A stretch of DNA of 64,000 nucleotides, from NCBI GenBank assembly GCA_964609585.1, contig CAZSRA010000002.1, forward strand, positions 46,820-110,819, read 5' to 3'. This document shows positions 28,961 through 38,210 of the stretch, piece by piece. Position numbers and translations under genes: made by a program. This DNA is from an uncultured Candidatus Saccharimonadales bacterium. GTDB taxonomy: Bacteria > Patescibacteriota > Saccharimonadia > UBA4664. The notes beneath the pieces were generated by a model. It was not told the DNA's origin. It made no database searches and saw only the letters and a list, made by a program, of their open reading frames with translations. Every line of letters starts with the position of its first letter. The first letter of the stretch is position 1.

Positions 28961-30259
28961 TCAGCGCAATCTAGGCAGCCGTTGCCAGCGCCCAACTGCC
29001 CACTGAGCAGCCATGTTCGTCCAGCCTCGGTTGACGTACTGAAGGTGCCCGCAGGCCGGAAGACTGGCGATGCAGGGCGGGATATCCCGTTTTTGGTAGT
29101 TACAAACCGGATCTCCCTTCACGCAGTAACTCCGGACGCGGGCCTGCCATTTGCCCGGGATGGTTTGAGGGTCGTACCCGGTCTGCAACAGAATGCCCGA
29201 GAGCTGTCTGCTGTAGGTACCCACGTTGACGAGATTCTGCGATTTGTCCGGATTGAATACCGGGTCGCCGAATTCCACAACGGCGGCGATGTGCTTGCGT
29301 TCCTCGTCGGTGAAGAGCGCATAAGCATCGCCTGCTGCCTGTGCCCCCTGGCTGTACCCGGCGATGACCGCGTATGTGGTGGGGCAGAACTGCAGGAAGT
29401 TGCGCACCGACTTCAGCAGCGAATCCCGGCCAGCCCATTCACTACTCACGTAGTTGGCCGGATAGGCCGGATCCCACCATAGGACGTCAATGGCTGGGTA
29501 GTCGACAGCTTCGAACCGGAGGCCCGGAATCGATCGTGCCATGGCATTCTTGTCGGTATCGACGGTATCTCCCATACCCTCGCCCTGCCAAGGCTTTTCG
29601 CCGGAGCCTCTGAGCCCGAAGAACTTGACCGTTCCGCACTTGTAGCCTGGAGGCTTGGTTGTGCTCGGGCTGGATGGCGTCGCGCTCGATGGCGGCGCGG
29701 AGGTTGGCGTTGAACTGACCGTGGTCGGCGAAGTGGGGGTCGGACCTGGGGTCGGGGGAGTCTGACTCAGACCGAACACGAGGTACATCGCTGAAGAGCC
29801 GATGCTGCCGCAATTGTCGATCAGAGAGATACGGAGGTGGTTGCTCCCCGTATGCAAGAAGCTCCCACTGATGTCGAGTGGCGGTGCGGACGTGATGGTT
29901 CCGCCGCAGTTCCCACTGTAGTCGTGATAGTACAGCGTTCCCCCGGAGGGACTCGGGTTTATGTCGATGTCCACAGCGTCGTTGACGAATGTATCGCCGG
30001 TACCGTCTGGGTTAGAAGACAGCCATACGGGACCCCCCGGGTAGTTCACGTCCAACGCCAGATAGCCGAAGCTCGTTGGCCCGTCTTTGAGCTGTGCGGC
30101 GATGGGGTCGGTGATCTTGATGACAGTGACCGATGTGTCGGCGGCGGCCGGGCCCGTAAAGAGCCCAACGCCAACCAAAGCCAGGCAGAGCGCCATCATT
30201 GTGGCTGCAAGGCCTACCACAGGCGAACTGCCGCGGGGCCGTTTGAGATTTTGCGACAC
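28961..30259 (-). CDS. Secreted cutinase-family serine esterase with N-terminal extra domain
   Basis: Signal peptide ending AAA; P/T/S linker; LRGSGE, GYSQG, FGDP, C..GDPVC, His; GAAGGAGG SD. Confidence 0.88.
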   Translation of the reverse strand: MSQNLKRPRGSSPVVGLAATMMALCLALVGVGLFTGPAAADTSVTVIKITDPIAAQLKDGPTSFGYLALDVNYPGGPVWLSSNPDGTGDTFVNDAVDIDINPSPSGGTLYYHDYSGNCGGTITSAPPLDISGSFLHTGSNHLRISLIDNCGSIGSSAMYLVFGLSQTPPTPGPTPTSPTTVSSTPTSAPPSSATPSSPSTTKPPGYKCGTVKFFGLRGSGEKPWQGEGMGDTVDTDKNAMARSIPGLRFEAVDYPAIDVLWWDPAYPANYVSSEWAGRDSLLKSVRNFLQFCPTTYAVIAGYSQGAQAAGDAYALFTDEERKHIAAVVEFGDPVFNPDKSQNLVNVGTYSRQLSGILLQTGYDPQTIPGKWQARVRSYCVKGDPVCNYQKRDIPPCIASLPACGHLQYVNRGWTNMAAQWAVGRWQRLPRLR

Positions 30260-30331
30260 GGAGTGTCGCCTCCTTCGATGTCGAGGAACAGAAACGAAAA
30301 CGTGGCCGCAGGTGCGGTCACGATCGATGTT

Positions 30332-30360
30332 AATTTAGCAATAAATGTATATTTTGTCAA
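30332..30360 (-). promoter_or_regulatory. sigma70-like promoter TTGACA-N17-TAAATT
   Basis: Upstream of cutinase cassette. Confidence 0.7.
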
Positions 30361-30487
30361 GCATCACCACCTACGCTGCTGGCTAAGGGGTAAAAGCAAA
30401 CACTCCGCCGACCGCGAGGGCCAGCGAAGTGCTGCTTCTCGTGTCTTGCGGAGCTTGGCCGGATAGCGTGGTCCGGCCTTGAGGTGC

Positions 30488-31024
30488 CTAGTTGCTCTGG
30501 TCGGGTCGGTCGGTCGGTGCGAGCTGTGCCCTCAGGACATCGGCGAGCTCACTGCTTCTGACGGCACCGTACGCGATCATCGAGGCGTGCGTCTCGGGCC
30601 GCTTCGAACCCCACTTTACCGAGAACCACGGCCTCGAGAACAGGGCGATGAGGGTGGAGACGCCGCTTGCGTCCGCTGCCTCGTACGCCAGGTCTGAGCC
30701 GTGGTCCAGACCGACGATGGCCAGGCGGTAGTAGCCCTCGCTCTCGAGGTTGAAGACGGCAGTCGCGATGGCATCGAGGCCCTCAGCATCGGAGATGCCG
30801 TTGACTCGCCGGACGAATTTCGAGGCCCAGGAGTAGGCGAAGTGCGGCAGGAAGAGCACAGCTCGCCGGCTTCTGGTGGGATCGATGTGGCAGTGGGCGA
30901 GACCGGCAGCCCGGATGACCGCCAGGAGCTCCTCGGCCGCACTTGATTGCGCCACCAGGACGACTCCGTCTGGCCACTCTCGTGGCTCAGGGGTGTCCGA
31001 ACCTTGGGGTGCGAATCCTGACAT
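30488..31024 (-). CDS. Hypothetical protein (GC-rich cassette)
   Basis: AGAAGGAG SD before ATG; hairpins downstream. Confidence 0.65.
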   Translation of the reverse strand: MSGFAPQGSDTPEPREWPDGVVLVAQSSAAEELLAVIRAAGLAHCHIDPTRSRRAVLFLPHFAYSWASKFVRRVNGISDAEGLDAIATAVFNLESEGYYRLAIVGLDHGSDLAYEAADASGVSTLIALFSRPWFSVKWGSKRPETHASMIAYGAVRSSELADVLRAQLAPTDRPDQSN

Positions 31025-31094
31025 TAGACTCCTTCTTGGAGCATAGAGCGGCCCAGGGCCACATAAAAGATGCGACCGGGTGATCGCGTTTATT

Positions 31095-31123
31095 ATTGTA
31101 CGTATATTTTACTCTTTTGTCTA
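31095..31123 (-). promoter_or_regulatory. sigma70-like promoter TAGACA-N17-TACAAT
   Basis: Near-consensus. Confidence 0.65.
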
Positions 31124-31165
31124 GTATAAATACTTGCCACAGATTCGACATGGTATTATGACCGA

Positions 31166-32134
31166 ATGAAGCAATCAACACCTACCCCCTCCCCTGTCGT
31201 CGTCTCTGGTTCGATCGCGATTGATCGGATTATGAAGTTTGACGGGCGGTATAAGGATTACATTCGGCCGGAGAAGCTGGAGAGTTTGTCGATTTCGGTG
31301 TTTTTGAAGGAGTTGCAGGACTGCCAGGGTGGTGTGGGGGCAAATATTGCTTATTCGCTGGCGCTTTTGGGCGAATCGCCGGTGCTGGTGGGGGCAGCGG
31401 GGCGCGACGCGGTGGCGTATATGGAGAAATTGGCGCACCTGGGCGTGGACATTACACAAGTGCACGAGAGCGAGCTACCGACGGCATCGTTTAATGTGAT
31501 GACGGATGGCGACGAGAACCAGGTGGGTGGGTTTTATCCGGGTGCGATGTTTGATAGCGCCAGCTTGACCTTTGAGCCATGGCGCCGGGCAGATGCGATT
31601 TTGGTGGTGAGTCCGCATGATCCGGTGGCGATGCGGCGCCAGGTGGAGCAGTGCGCGCAGTGGGATTTGCGCTTGTGCTACGACGTGGGTCAGCAGGTGA
31701 GCAATTTGGATGCCGAGGACTTGCGAGCCGGAGTTGAGACGGCGCAGTGGTTGATTTTGAACGAATATGAAATGAGCGCGATGGCGGCAAAAATTGGCCG
31801 GAGCGTGGCCGATATTAAGGCGAAAGTGCCAGTGGTGGTGACGACTTTAGGCAAGATGGGCTCGGTGATTGAGGGCACGGAAGTAGCCGAGACTGTGAGA
31901 GTAGGAATTGTAAAACCGGAGCACGTGGCGGATCCGACCGGGGCGGGTGATGCTTACCGGGCTGGCTTTTTGTATGGACTGGCACGGGGTTGGGATCTGA
32001 AGGTTTGCGGGCAGCTGGGGGCAGTATGCGGGACATATGCGATCGAGAGTGTGGGGACCCAGGGTCATAAGTTCAGTTTGAAAGAGGTAGCAACGCGCTA
32101 CGAAGAAGCTTTTGGGGAAGTGCTCACGCTTTAA
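31166..32134 (+). CDS. PfkB family kinase, adenosine kinase-like
   Basis: GSIAID.IM.F, GGVGANIAY, FYPGAM, NEYE, DPTGAGDAYRAG; near ahcY. Confidence 0.85.
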   Translation: MKQSTPTPSPVVVSGSIAIDRIMKFDGRYKDYIRPEKLESLSISVFLKELQDCQGGVGANIAYSLALLGESPVLVGAAGRDAVAYMEKLAHLGVDITQVHESELPTASFNVMTDGDENQVGGFYPGAMFDSASLTFEPWRRADAILVVSPHDPVAMRRQVEQCAQWDLRLCYDVGQQVSNLDAEDLRAGVETAQWLILNEYEMSAMAAKIGRSVADIKAKVPVVVTTLGKMGSVIEGTEVAETVRVGIVKPEHVADPTGAGDAYRAGFLYGLARGWDLKVCGQLGAVCGTYAIESVGTQGHKFSLKEVATRYEEAFGEVLTL

Positions 32135-32192
32135 ACGACTTGCCTGAAATAAATGGGATTTCTATAATGCGATTAAATAATTAAGGGCTACG

Positions 32193-32834
32193 ATGAACGA
32201 ACGCAAATTATGGAAATATACGGGTTTGCTTGGTATCGGCCTCATGATTTTAACGTTGATTGAAGTGCCGCTCTACTTCATTTATGACGGTCCGCCACCG
32301 GACGGAAACATTCTTGCCCGGGTGCTTTTGAATGTCCTCGTGGTAACGGGTCTGGTGATCTTTTTTGCTAGTTTTCGTGGGCTAGTCGCAAAGAGCTACG
32401 CCGCTTACGAATGGCTGGCGACTTTGATGTTTGGAGGAGTGCTAGCCTACGCGCTGCTCACTTTTATTGCGAGCTCGCTTGAAGCGGGCCTAGCCATAGC
32501 AACATCTGCCAATATCGATCCCACTATTGCCGCAAACGGAACGTACATTATGTATGGCTCTATCGGACGGCTTATGAGCACGTTGCTGCTTGGATCAGCT
32601 GGCTATTTAACGTTTGCGACAAGGATTCTCCCCCGCTGGACAAGCTGGCTGGCTTTTTATCTGGCGGCGTTTAGCTTGGCTTTTGTACCCTCAATGTTTT
32701 TCGGCAATGACCCGACTCATTTCTATAGTGCGAATGGCTGGGGTACGACGGCGATTGCTGCAAGTTCGCTGATGTATTGGGTACTGGCCGCAAGCATTGT
32801 GATGCTGGTAAAAGCGCGAAAAATCAGGGCATAG
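32193..32834 (+). CDS. Multi-TM hypothetical membrane protein
   Basis: About six hydrophobic segments. Confidence 0.7.
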   Translation: MNERKLWKYTGLLGIGLMILTLIEVPLYFIYDGPPPDGNILARVLLNVLVVTGLVIFFASFRGLVAKSYAAYEWLATLMFGGVLAYALLTFIASSLEAGLAIATSANIDPTIAANGTYIMYGSIGRLMSTLLLGSAGYLTFATRILPRWTSWLAFYLAAFSLAFVPSMFFGNDPTHFYSANGWGTTAIAASSLMYWVLAASIVMLVKARKIRA

Positions 32835-32906
32835 CTCACAAGGCCTAGCGCTTTTGGCTATTCCCTCCTGATATACTGTGGGCATATTCAACCTGATGGA
32901 GATGGT

Positions 32907-34202
32907 ATGGCGAACAACGATTATAAGGTAGCAGACATTAAGCTGGCAGACTGGGGCCGACGAGAGATTCGACTGGCAGAGAAGGAAATGCCGGGGCTGA
33001 TGGCGCTACGAGAAGAGCATGCCGGGAAGAGGCCGCTGGCTGGCGCGCGGATTGCGGGATCTTTGCACATGACTATTCAGACGGCGGTGTTGATTGAGAC
33101 GCTGGTGGAGCTGGGGGCCGAGGTGCGCTGGGCTTCCTGCAATATTTTTAGCACCCAGGACCAAGCGGCTGCGGCGGTGGCGGCCGTCGGGGTGCCAGTG
33201 TTTGCCTGGAAGGGCGAGAGCGAAGAGGAGTATTGGTGGTGCACGGAGCAGACACTGAAGTTTGAGGGCGGTAAGGGGCCAAATTTGCTACTGGATGATG
33301 GCGGCGATTTGACGGGACTGGTACACACAAAGCATCCGGAATTGCTCGCAGACATTAAAGGCGTGAGCGAGGAAACCACAACCGGGGTGCATCATTTGGA
33401 TCAAATGATGAAGGCGGGAGCATTGAAGCTGCCAGCCATTAATGTGAATGATTCGGTGACGAAAAGTAAGTTTGACAATAAATATGGCTGCCGCGAGTCG
33501 CTCGTAGACGGGATTAAGCGCGCCACGGATGTGATGCTGGCCGGCAAAGTGGCTGTGGTGGCGGGATACGGCGATGTGGGCAAGGGCTGCGCACAGTCGC
33601 TGGATTCGTATGGGTGCCGAGTGCTCGTGACCGAGATTGATCCGATTTGTGCGCTCCAGGCGATGATGGAAGGGTTTGAAGTGGTGACGATGGAGGAGGC
33701 GGCTACTCGGGGAGACATTTTTGTGACTACCACGGGTTGCCGCGACATTATTACCCTCGAGCACATGAAAGTCATGAAAGACGCGGCGATTGTGTGCAAC
33801 ATTGGGCACTTTGATGTAGAGATTGAGGTGGAGGCACTCAGCAATGCGGCGGGCGTGACGAAGGAAGAGCTCAAACCTCAGGTGGATGTGTATACGTTTG
33901 CGGATGGGCACCGGATTATTTTGCTGGCCGAGGGGCGGCTGGTGAATTTGGGTTGTGCCACGGGGCATCCATCGTTTGTGATGAGCACGTCATTTTCGAA
34001 TCAGGTTTTGGCGCAGCTGGAATTGTGGAGGGGAGGCTATGAGGTGGGCGTGCACCGCCTGCCCAAGGAACTCGACGAGAAGGTGGCGCGGATTCATGTG
34101 GAAGCGCTGGGCGGGAAACTGACGAAATTGACGGCCACGCAGTCGGAGTATTTGAAGCTGGAGACGGAGGGGCCGTTTAAGCCAGAGCATTATCGGTACT
34201 AA
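32907..34202 (+). CDS. ahcY: Adenosylhomocysteinase
   Basis: [42 protein letters not shown]. Confidence 0.98.
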   Translation: MANNDYKVADIKLADWGRREIRLAEKEMPGLMALREEHAGKRPLAGARIAGSLHMTIQTAVLIETLVELGAEVRWASCNIFSTQDQAAAAVAAVGVPVFAWKGESEEEYWWCTEQTLKFEGGKGPNLLLDDGGDLTGLVHTKHPELLADIKGVSEETTTGVHHLDQMMKAGALKLPAINVNDSVTKSKFDNKYGCRESLVDGIKRATDVMLAGKVAVVAGYGDVGKGCAQSLDSYGCRVLVTEIDPICALQAMMEGFEVVTMEEAATRGDIFVTTTGCRDIITLEHMKVMKDAAIVCNIGHFDVEIEVEALSNAAGVTKEELKPQVDVYTFADGHRIILLAEGRLVNLGCATGHPSFVMSTSFSNQVLAQLELWRGGYEVGVHRLPKELDEKVARIHVEALGGKLTKLTATQSEYLKLETEGPFKPEHYRY

Positions 34203-34332
34203 ATAAATAATTGCGAAAAGCCCCGTTTATCGGTTTGGGGTGAAACCTAGGCGAAAACTTGAGTCTTAACGTCCAGGGTGCTGGACCCACGGTATGATCG
34301 CCATCCATACCGTAGGTCCTTGGTGCATGCGT

Positions 34333-34641
34333 CTAGTCGGGGCGGGAGAACCTTGCCCACATGCGAGCCTCGAGCGGCCAGCGCTCGAGATCTTCTCTGG
34401 TGCGACCGAACTCATCCCTCCATGGCTCGACGGGACTCGGGCTGGGCTTGGCGTCTCCGCTGGGCGCTTCGATCACGAAGTGGTAGAAGCCGACGACGGC
34501 CAGGATGGCTCCTACTACGAGCAGCGCCTGGAGCCAGACCGGCAAGCCATGTGCGACGGCCCGTACGACCGCGACCGCGAGGGGGCCCGTGAAGCTGGTG
34601 ACGATCATCCCACCTAGCGGATTGTGCCTTTGGGGAGCCAT
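34333..34641 (-). CDS. Hypothetical 2-TM protein (GC-rich cassette)
   Basis: AGGAAGGAGGGG SD before ATG 34641; hairpin GGACCTACGGTATG/CATACCGTGGGTCC after stop. Confidence 0.6.
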   Translation of the reverse strand: MAPQRHNPLGGMIVTSFTGPLAVAVVRAVAHGLPVWLQALLVVGAILAVVGFYHFVIEAPSGDAKPSPSPVEPWRDEFGRTREDLERWPLEARMWARFSRPD

Positions 34642-34701
34642 GCACTCCCCTCCTTCCTTTCCGAGAAGACGTGGTGCGGGCCGGATCTCGGCTTGTGGCA
34701 A

Positions 34702-34730
34702 ACACTACAACTACGAGGGGCATATGTCAA
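34702..34730 (-). promoter_or_regulatory. sigma70-like promoter TTGACA-N17-TAGTGT
   Basis: Starts 10 nt after pyrB stop. Confidence 0.65.
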
Positions 34731-34740
34731 AACAGACATT

Positions 34741-35670
34741 TTACCCGTTGATGATGAGGTCGAGTAGAGCCATCCGGGTATACATGCCGTTGGTCATTTG
34801 CTTGGTGAGGTAAACGGCGCGGGGGTCGGCGTCGACTTCAGTGGCAATTTCGTCGAGACGCGGTAGGGCGTGCATGACGATGCTGGTGGGTTTCATTTTC
34901 TTAAGAGTAGTGGCGTCGATGCGATATTTGCCGAGAGCTTTGAGGTAGAGCTCTTCGGGGATGAATTCTTTTTTGGGACGAGTGACATAGAGGGCATCGG
35001 CATCGGCGATAACGTCGTCTAAGTCTTCGTGCTCGCTGAAATTGACTTTCTTCGCCTGGAGATACTCGCGGGTAGCCGACTGGAGGCCAAATTCGGGAGC
35101 GGCGACAATGCTGAGTTTGATGTTCGGGAAGAGGGCCAGCAACTTGGCGAGTGAGTTGATGGGACGGTAGTGAGCCATTTCGCCAACGAGCACGATGTAG
35201 ATGTGCTCGAAGGTACCAAGTTCAGCGCGAATGGTGTAGGCGTCGAGCAGAGCCTGGGTGGGGTGCTCACCGATACCGTCGCCCGCACTAATGACGGGTA
35301 CCCAGGCGCTTTCGGCCATAGTTTGAGCCGAGCCTACGGCGGGATTGCGCATCACGATGACGTCGGCATAGGAGGAAAAGACTTTGGCAGTATCTTCGAG
35401 GCTTTCACCCTTGGCTACAGAGGAGTTGGCCATGTTAAGAGGAATGACGCTGCCACCGAGACGCTGCATGGCAGCCATGAACGAGCCGAAAGTGCGGCTG
35501 GAAGGTTCGTAAAAGAGCGAAGCCATAACACGGCCTCTCAGCGCATCGTTGCCGCCCTTTTCAGCGACGAGTTGCTTCATAGTGTCGGCTTTGTCGAAGA
35601 GTTCGGTGAGGGCTTCGCGCGTGAGCGAATCGATGGAAATGAAATCTTGGCCGTGCCAGGTGCTGCTCAT
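34741..35670 (-). CDS. pyrB: Aspartate carbamoyltransferase
   Basis: FYEPSSRT, KGESLED, HPTQALLD, MHALPR. Confidence 0.95.
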   Translation of the reverse strand: MSSTWHGQDFISIDSLTREALTELFDKADTMKQLVAEKGGNDALRGRVMASLFYEPSSRTFGSFMAAMQRLGGSVIPLNMANSSVAKGESLEDTAKVFSSYADVIVMRNPAVGSAQTMAESAWVPVISAGDGIGEHPTQALLDAYTIRAELGTFEHIYIVLVGEMAHYRPINSLAKLLALFPNIKLSIVAAPEFGLQSATREYLQAKKVNFSEHEDLDDVIADADALYVTRPKKEFIPEELYLKALGKYRIDATTLKKMKPTSIVMHALPRLDEIATEVDADPRAVYLTKQMTNGMYTRMALLDLIING

Positions 35671-35744
35671 AGTGGGTCTACCCTTCGTTTTACTGTGTAG
35701 AGGGTAGCATGAGCTTATCGGCGGGACAAGATGCGGTTAAAGCT

Positions 35745-36518
35745 CTACGACCGCTTTTGTTGGGCGGCGATGATCAGATTGTCGAAGAGAGAAACGACGG
35801 TCATAGGGCCCACGCCGCCGGGATTGGGTGTGATCGTGAGGTCGTTTCGCCGGTATAGAGCAGGGTCGAGCTCATAACGAGGTGAACCGGTGTCTACCAC
35901 GACAGCTCCTGGTTTTACCATGTCGGGTTTAATGAGGTGCTCTTGGCCGGTGCCGGTGAAGATGATGTCGGCCTGCAGGGTTTCGGCTTTGAGATCTTTG
36001 GTGTGAATGTCGCAGCGCACTATGTTGCGACCTGAGGCTTCAAGCCGGTCGGCGAGAGGTTTGCCGACGAGTCTCCCCTGCCCCACTACGACAATATGGC
36101 CAGCGAGATCCACGTTGTAGGCAGCAAGGAGCCAGAGTACGGCTTTGGGGGTGGCCGCCTCAAAAGAAGTGCCGGGAGCAAGGCCATCGACATCCTTGGC
36201 GGGATCGATGGCGGCTAGGGCGGCCTCGGTGATATCGGCGTCGGTGAGAGGGAGTTGGACAATAATGCCGGTGACGGCAGGGTCGGCATTGAGCGATGAA
36301 ATGCGGTCTATAATGGTGGCTGAGGTTTCCACGTACAGGTCAACAATAGCGCCAATGTCTTGTCCGTAGGCTCGTTTCATTTTGAGATAAAGATCGCCGG
36401 CTTCATTATCGCGGGAGCGGATGATGGCAAGACGCGGCACAGTCTCGAGGCTTGGCACCATGCTCGCATGGCGCTGTTTGATGAAATCAGCAAGATCACT
36501 ACCGGCAAGCAATTTCAT
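35745..36518 (-). CDS. folD: Methylene-THF dehydrogenase/cyclohydrolase
   Basis: GIIVQLPL, KDVDG, VGKP, PGGVGPMT; ATG 36518 overlaps upstream TGA. Confidence 0.93.
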   Translation of the reverse strand: MKLLAGSDLADFIKQRHASMVPSLETVPRLAIIRSRDNEAGDLYLKMKRAYGQDIGAIVDLYVETSATIIDRISSLNADPAVTGIIVQLPLTDADITEAALAAIDPAKDVDGLAPGTSFEAATPKAVLWLLAAYNVDLAGHIVVVGQGRLVGKPLADRLEASGRNIVRCDIHTKDLKAETLQADIIFTGTGQEHLIKPDMVKPGAVVVDTGSPRYELDPALYRRNDLTITPNPGGVGPMTVVSLFDNLIIAAQQKRS

Positions 36519-36892
36519 TGGGCTTTGGCTTCCCAGAGCTTTGTGAGCTCGGTAATGGCTTTGTCTGGCGTGTAGTCGGATTTTGTCCAATAGGCTTTGG
36601 CGCCGAGCTGCATGACCGCATCGATTTGGTCGGGAGCAGACATATTGGAAAAAACGATTACCTCGGGCAGGTTGGCGCGCCGGGTTTTTAGATTGTGCAT
36701 AAAATCGAGACCACCCATGACAGGCATCATCATGTCGAGTAGGATGATTTCTGGTTCAAATTCATCGACGAGTTCGAGTGCGACTTGGCCGTTTTCGGCC
36801 GACGCCACGGGAAAACCTTCGAGCTCAAATTTCATGGCATAGATCTCGCGAATGATGTCGTCGTCTTCAACTACTAGGACTTTTGGCAGCAC
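36515..36892 (-). CDS. Stand-alone response regulator receiver
   Basis: VEDD, LDMMMP, FSN, YWTKS. Confidence 0.9.
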   Translation of the reverse strand: MLPKVLVVEDDDIIREIYAMKFELEGFPVASAENGQVALELVDEFEPEIILLDMMMPVMGGLDFMHNLKTRRANLPEVIVFSNMSAPDQIDAVMQLGAKAYWTKSDYTPDKAITELTKLWEAKAQ

Positions 36893-38195
36893 GGTAATCT
36901 CCCTGTGGAAGTATCATAACAAACTTTGTGCCTTTTCCGAGCCTCGAAGTGACTTCAATGGTGCCTCCTTGGAGCTCGGCAATACGGCGCGCAAGGTACA
37001 GACCGAGTCCGGTACCTTCGACATTGCCGCGAATGGCATCGCTGGCGCGCTGGAAGCGATCGAAGATGCGTTCGAGCTCATCTGGGTGAATGCCCATGCC
37101 GGTATCGGCCACTTCAATGTACACTTCACCGTGCCTAGCATAGATGGAGAGGGTAATTTTGCCAAATTCGGGTGTATATTTGCGTGCGTTATCGAGCAGA
37201 TTGCCGATGGCCATATAGAGTTTTTCTTCATCGGCGAAGATCTTTAGGGGTCGGTTGGGTTGTTTGATGCTGAGCTGTTGATGTTTTTCGGTAATGGCCC
37301 CTTTTTGCTCGCCGGCAATGGCGCTTATGAGCGGACCAAGCTCAAACTCGGCCGAGCGCAAAATGAGGCGGCCGGCGTCGGCTCTAGCGACATTTAAAAG
37401 TTCTTCGATGATACCGAGGCCGCGTTCATTGCTCTCGATGGCCCGGTGCATGAAGTAGGTTTGGCGGTCGTTGAGCGGCCCAAAGTCGCCGGCTACGAGG
37501 GTAGATAGGATTGATTTTATGCCGGTGGCTGGAGTGCGCAGTTGATGTGACGCGAGTGAAACGAATTCGTCTTTGGCTCGGTCGAGGCGACGTTCAGATT
37601 GAATGGCGGTGAGATAAAGGTAGTACATGAAGATGGCCAAGGTGAGGGTGAGAATAAGAGTAAGCAAGCTAACATCGCGGGCAATGTCTGAAAGGAATTG
37701 GACATGATTGCGATCTCGGTTTAGCTGGGCAGTTTGGGTGGTTTCGATGCTTGCGGCGAGAGTTTGAACTTGGTCCATCGTGGCAGTAGTACTAGCTAAA
37801 CTGTCGGGAGTAACGGCGGAAGCTTTGAACTGGGTATTTACGAGAGTGCGCAGATTTTCAATATCTTGATGATAGCTGGCTGTTATGGTGTCTTGATCAA
37901 GCGACTGGAGCGAGGACCGCACGATACTGGCGGCTTTGACGAAGCGAGTTTGATAGCTGGGATTTCCCGTAATAACGTAACCGCGACGGTTACTCTCGGC
38001 GGCATTGAGCTGCAGCAAAAGTGATTGGAGCTGGGCCTTGGCGGTATTGTTGACCTGACCAGTCTGGCGGATGCTAGAAAGCAGCGCAAGCGCAGCTAAG
38101 GTGGCTGCTGTTGCAACGAACGAGACGGCGATTATGGCACCGAGGGTCATGAAGACGTTTCGGTTTGAATATTGGCGCAACTCCCTGGGCAGCAT
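36867..38195 (-). CDS. CHASE3-like sensor histidine kinase
   Basis: AESNRRGYVITG between two TMs; SHQLRTP; DNARKY; GTGLGL. Confidence 0.9.
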   Translation of the reverse strand: MLPRELRQYSNRNVFMTLGAIIAVSFVATAATLAALALLSSIRQTGQVNNTAKAQLQSLLLQLNAAESNRRGYVITGNPSYQTRFVKAASIVRSSLQSLDQDTITASYHQDIENLRTLVNTQFKASAVTPDSLASTTATMDQVQTLAASIETTQTAQLNRDRNHVQFLSDIARDVSLLTLILTLTLAIFMYYLYLTAIQSERRLDRAKDEFVSLASHQLRTPATGIKSILSTLVAGDFGPLNDRQTYFMHRAIESNERGLGIIEELLNVARADAGRLILRSAEFELGPLISAIAGEQKGAITEKHQQLSIKQPNRPLKIFADEEKLYMAIGNLLDNARKYTPEFGKITLSIYARHGEVYIEVADTGMGIHPDELERIFDRFQRASDAIRGNVEGTGLGLYLARRIAELQGGTIEVTSRLGKGTKFVMILPQGDYRAAKSPSS

Positions 38196-38210
38196 AGCTT
38201 CGCATCCTTG

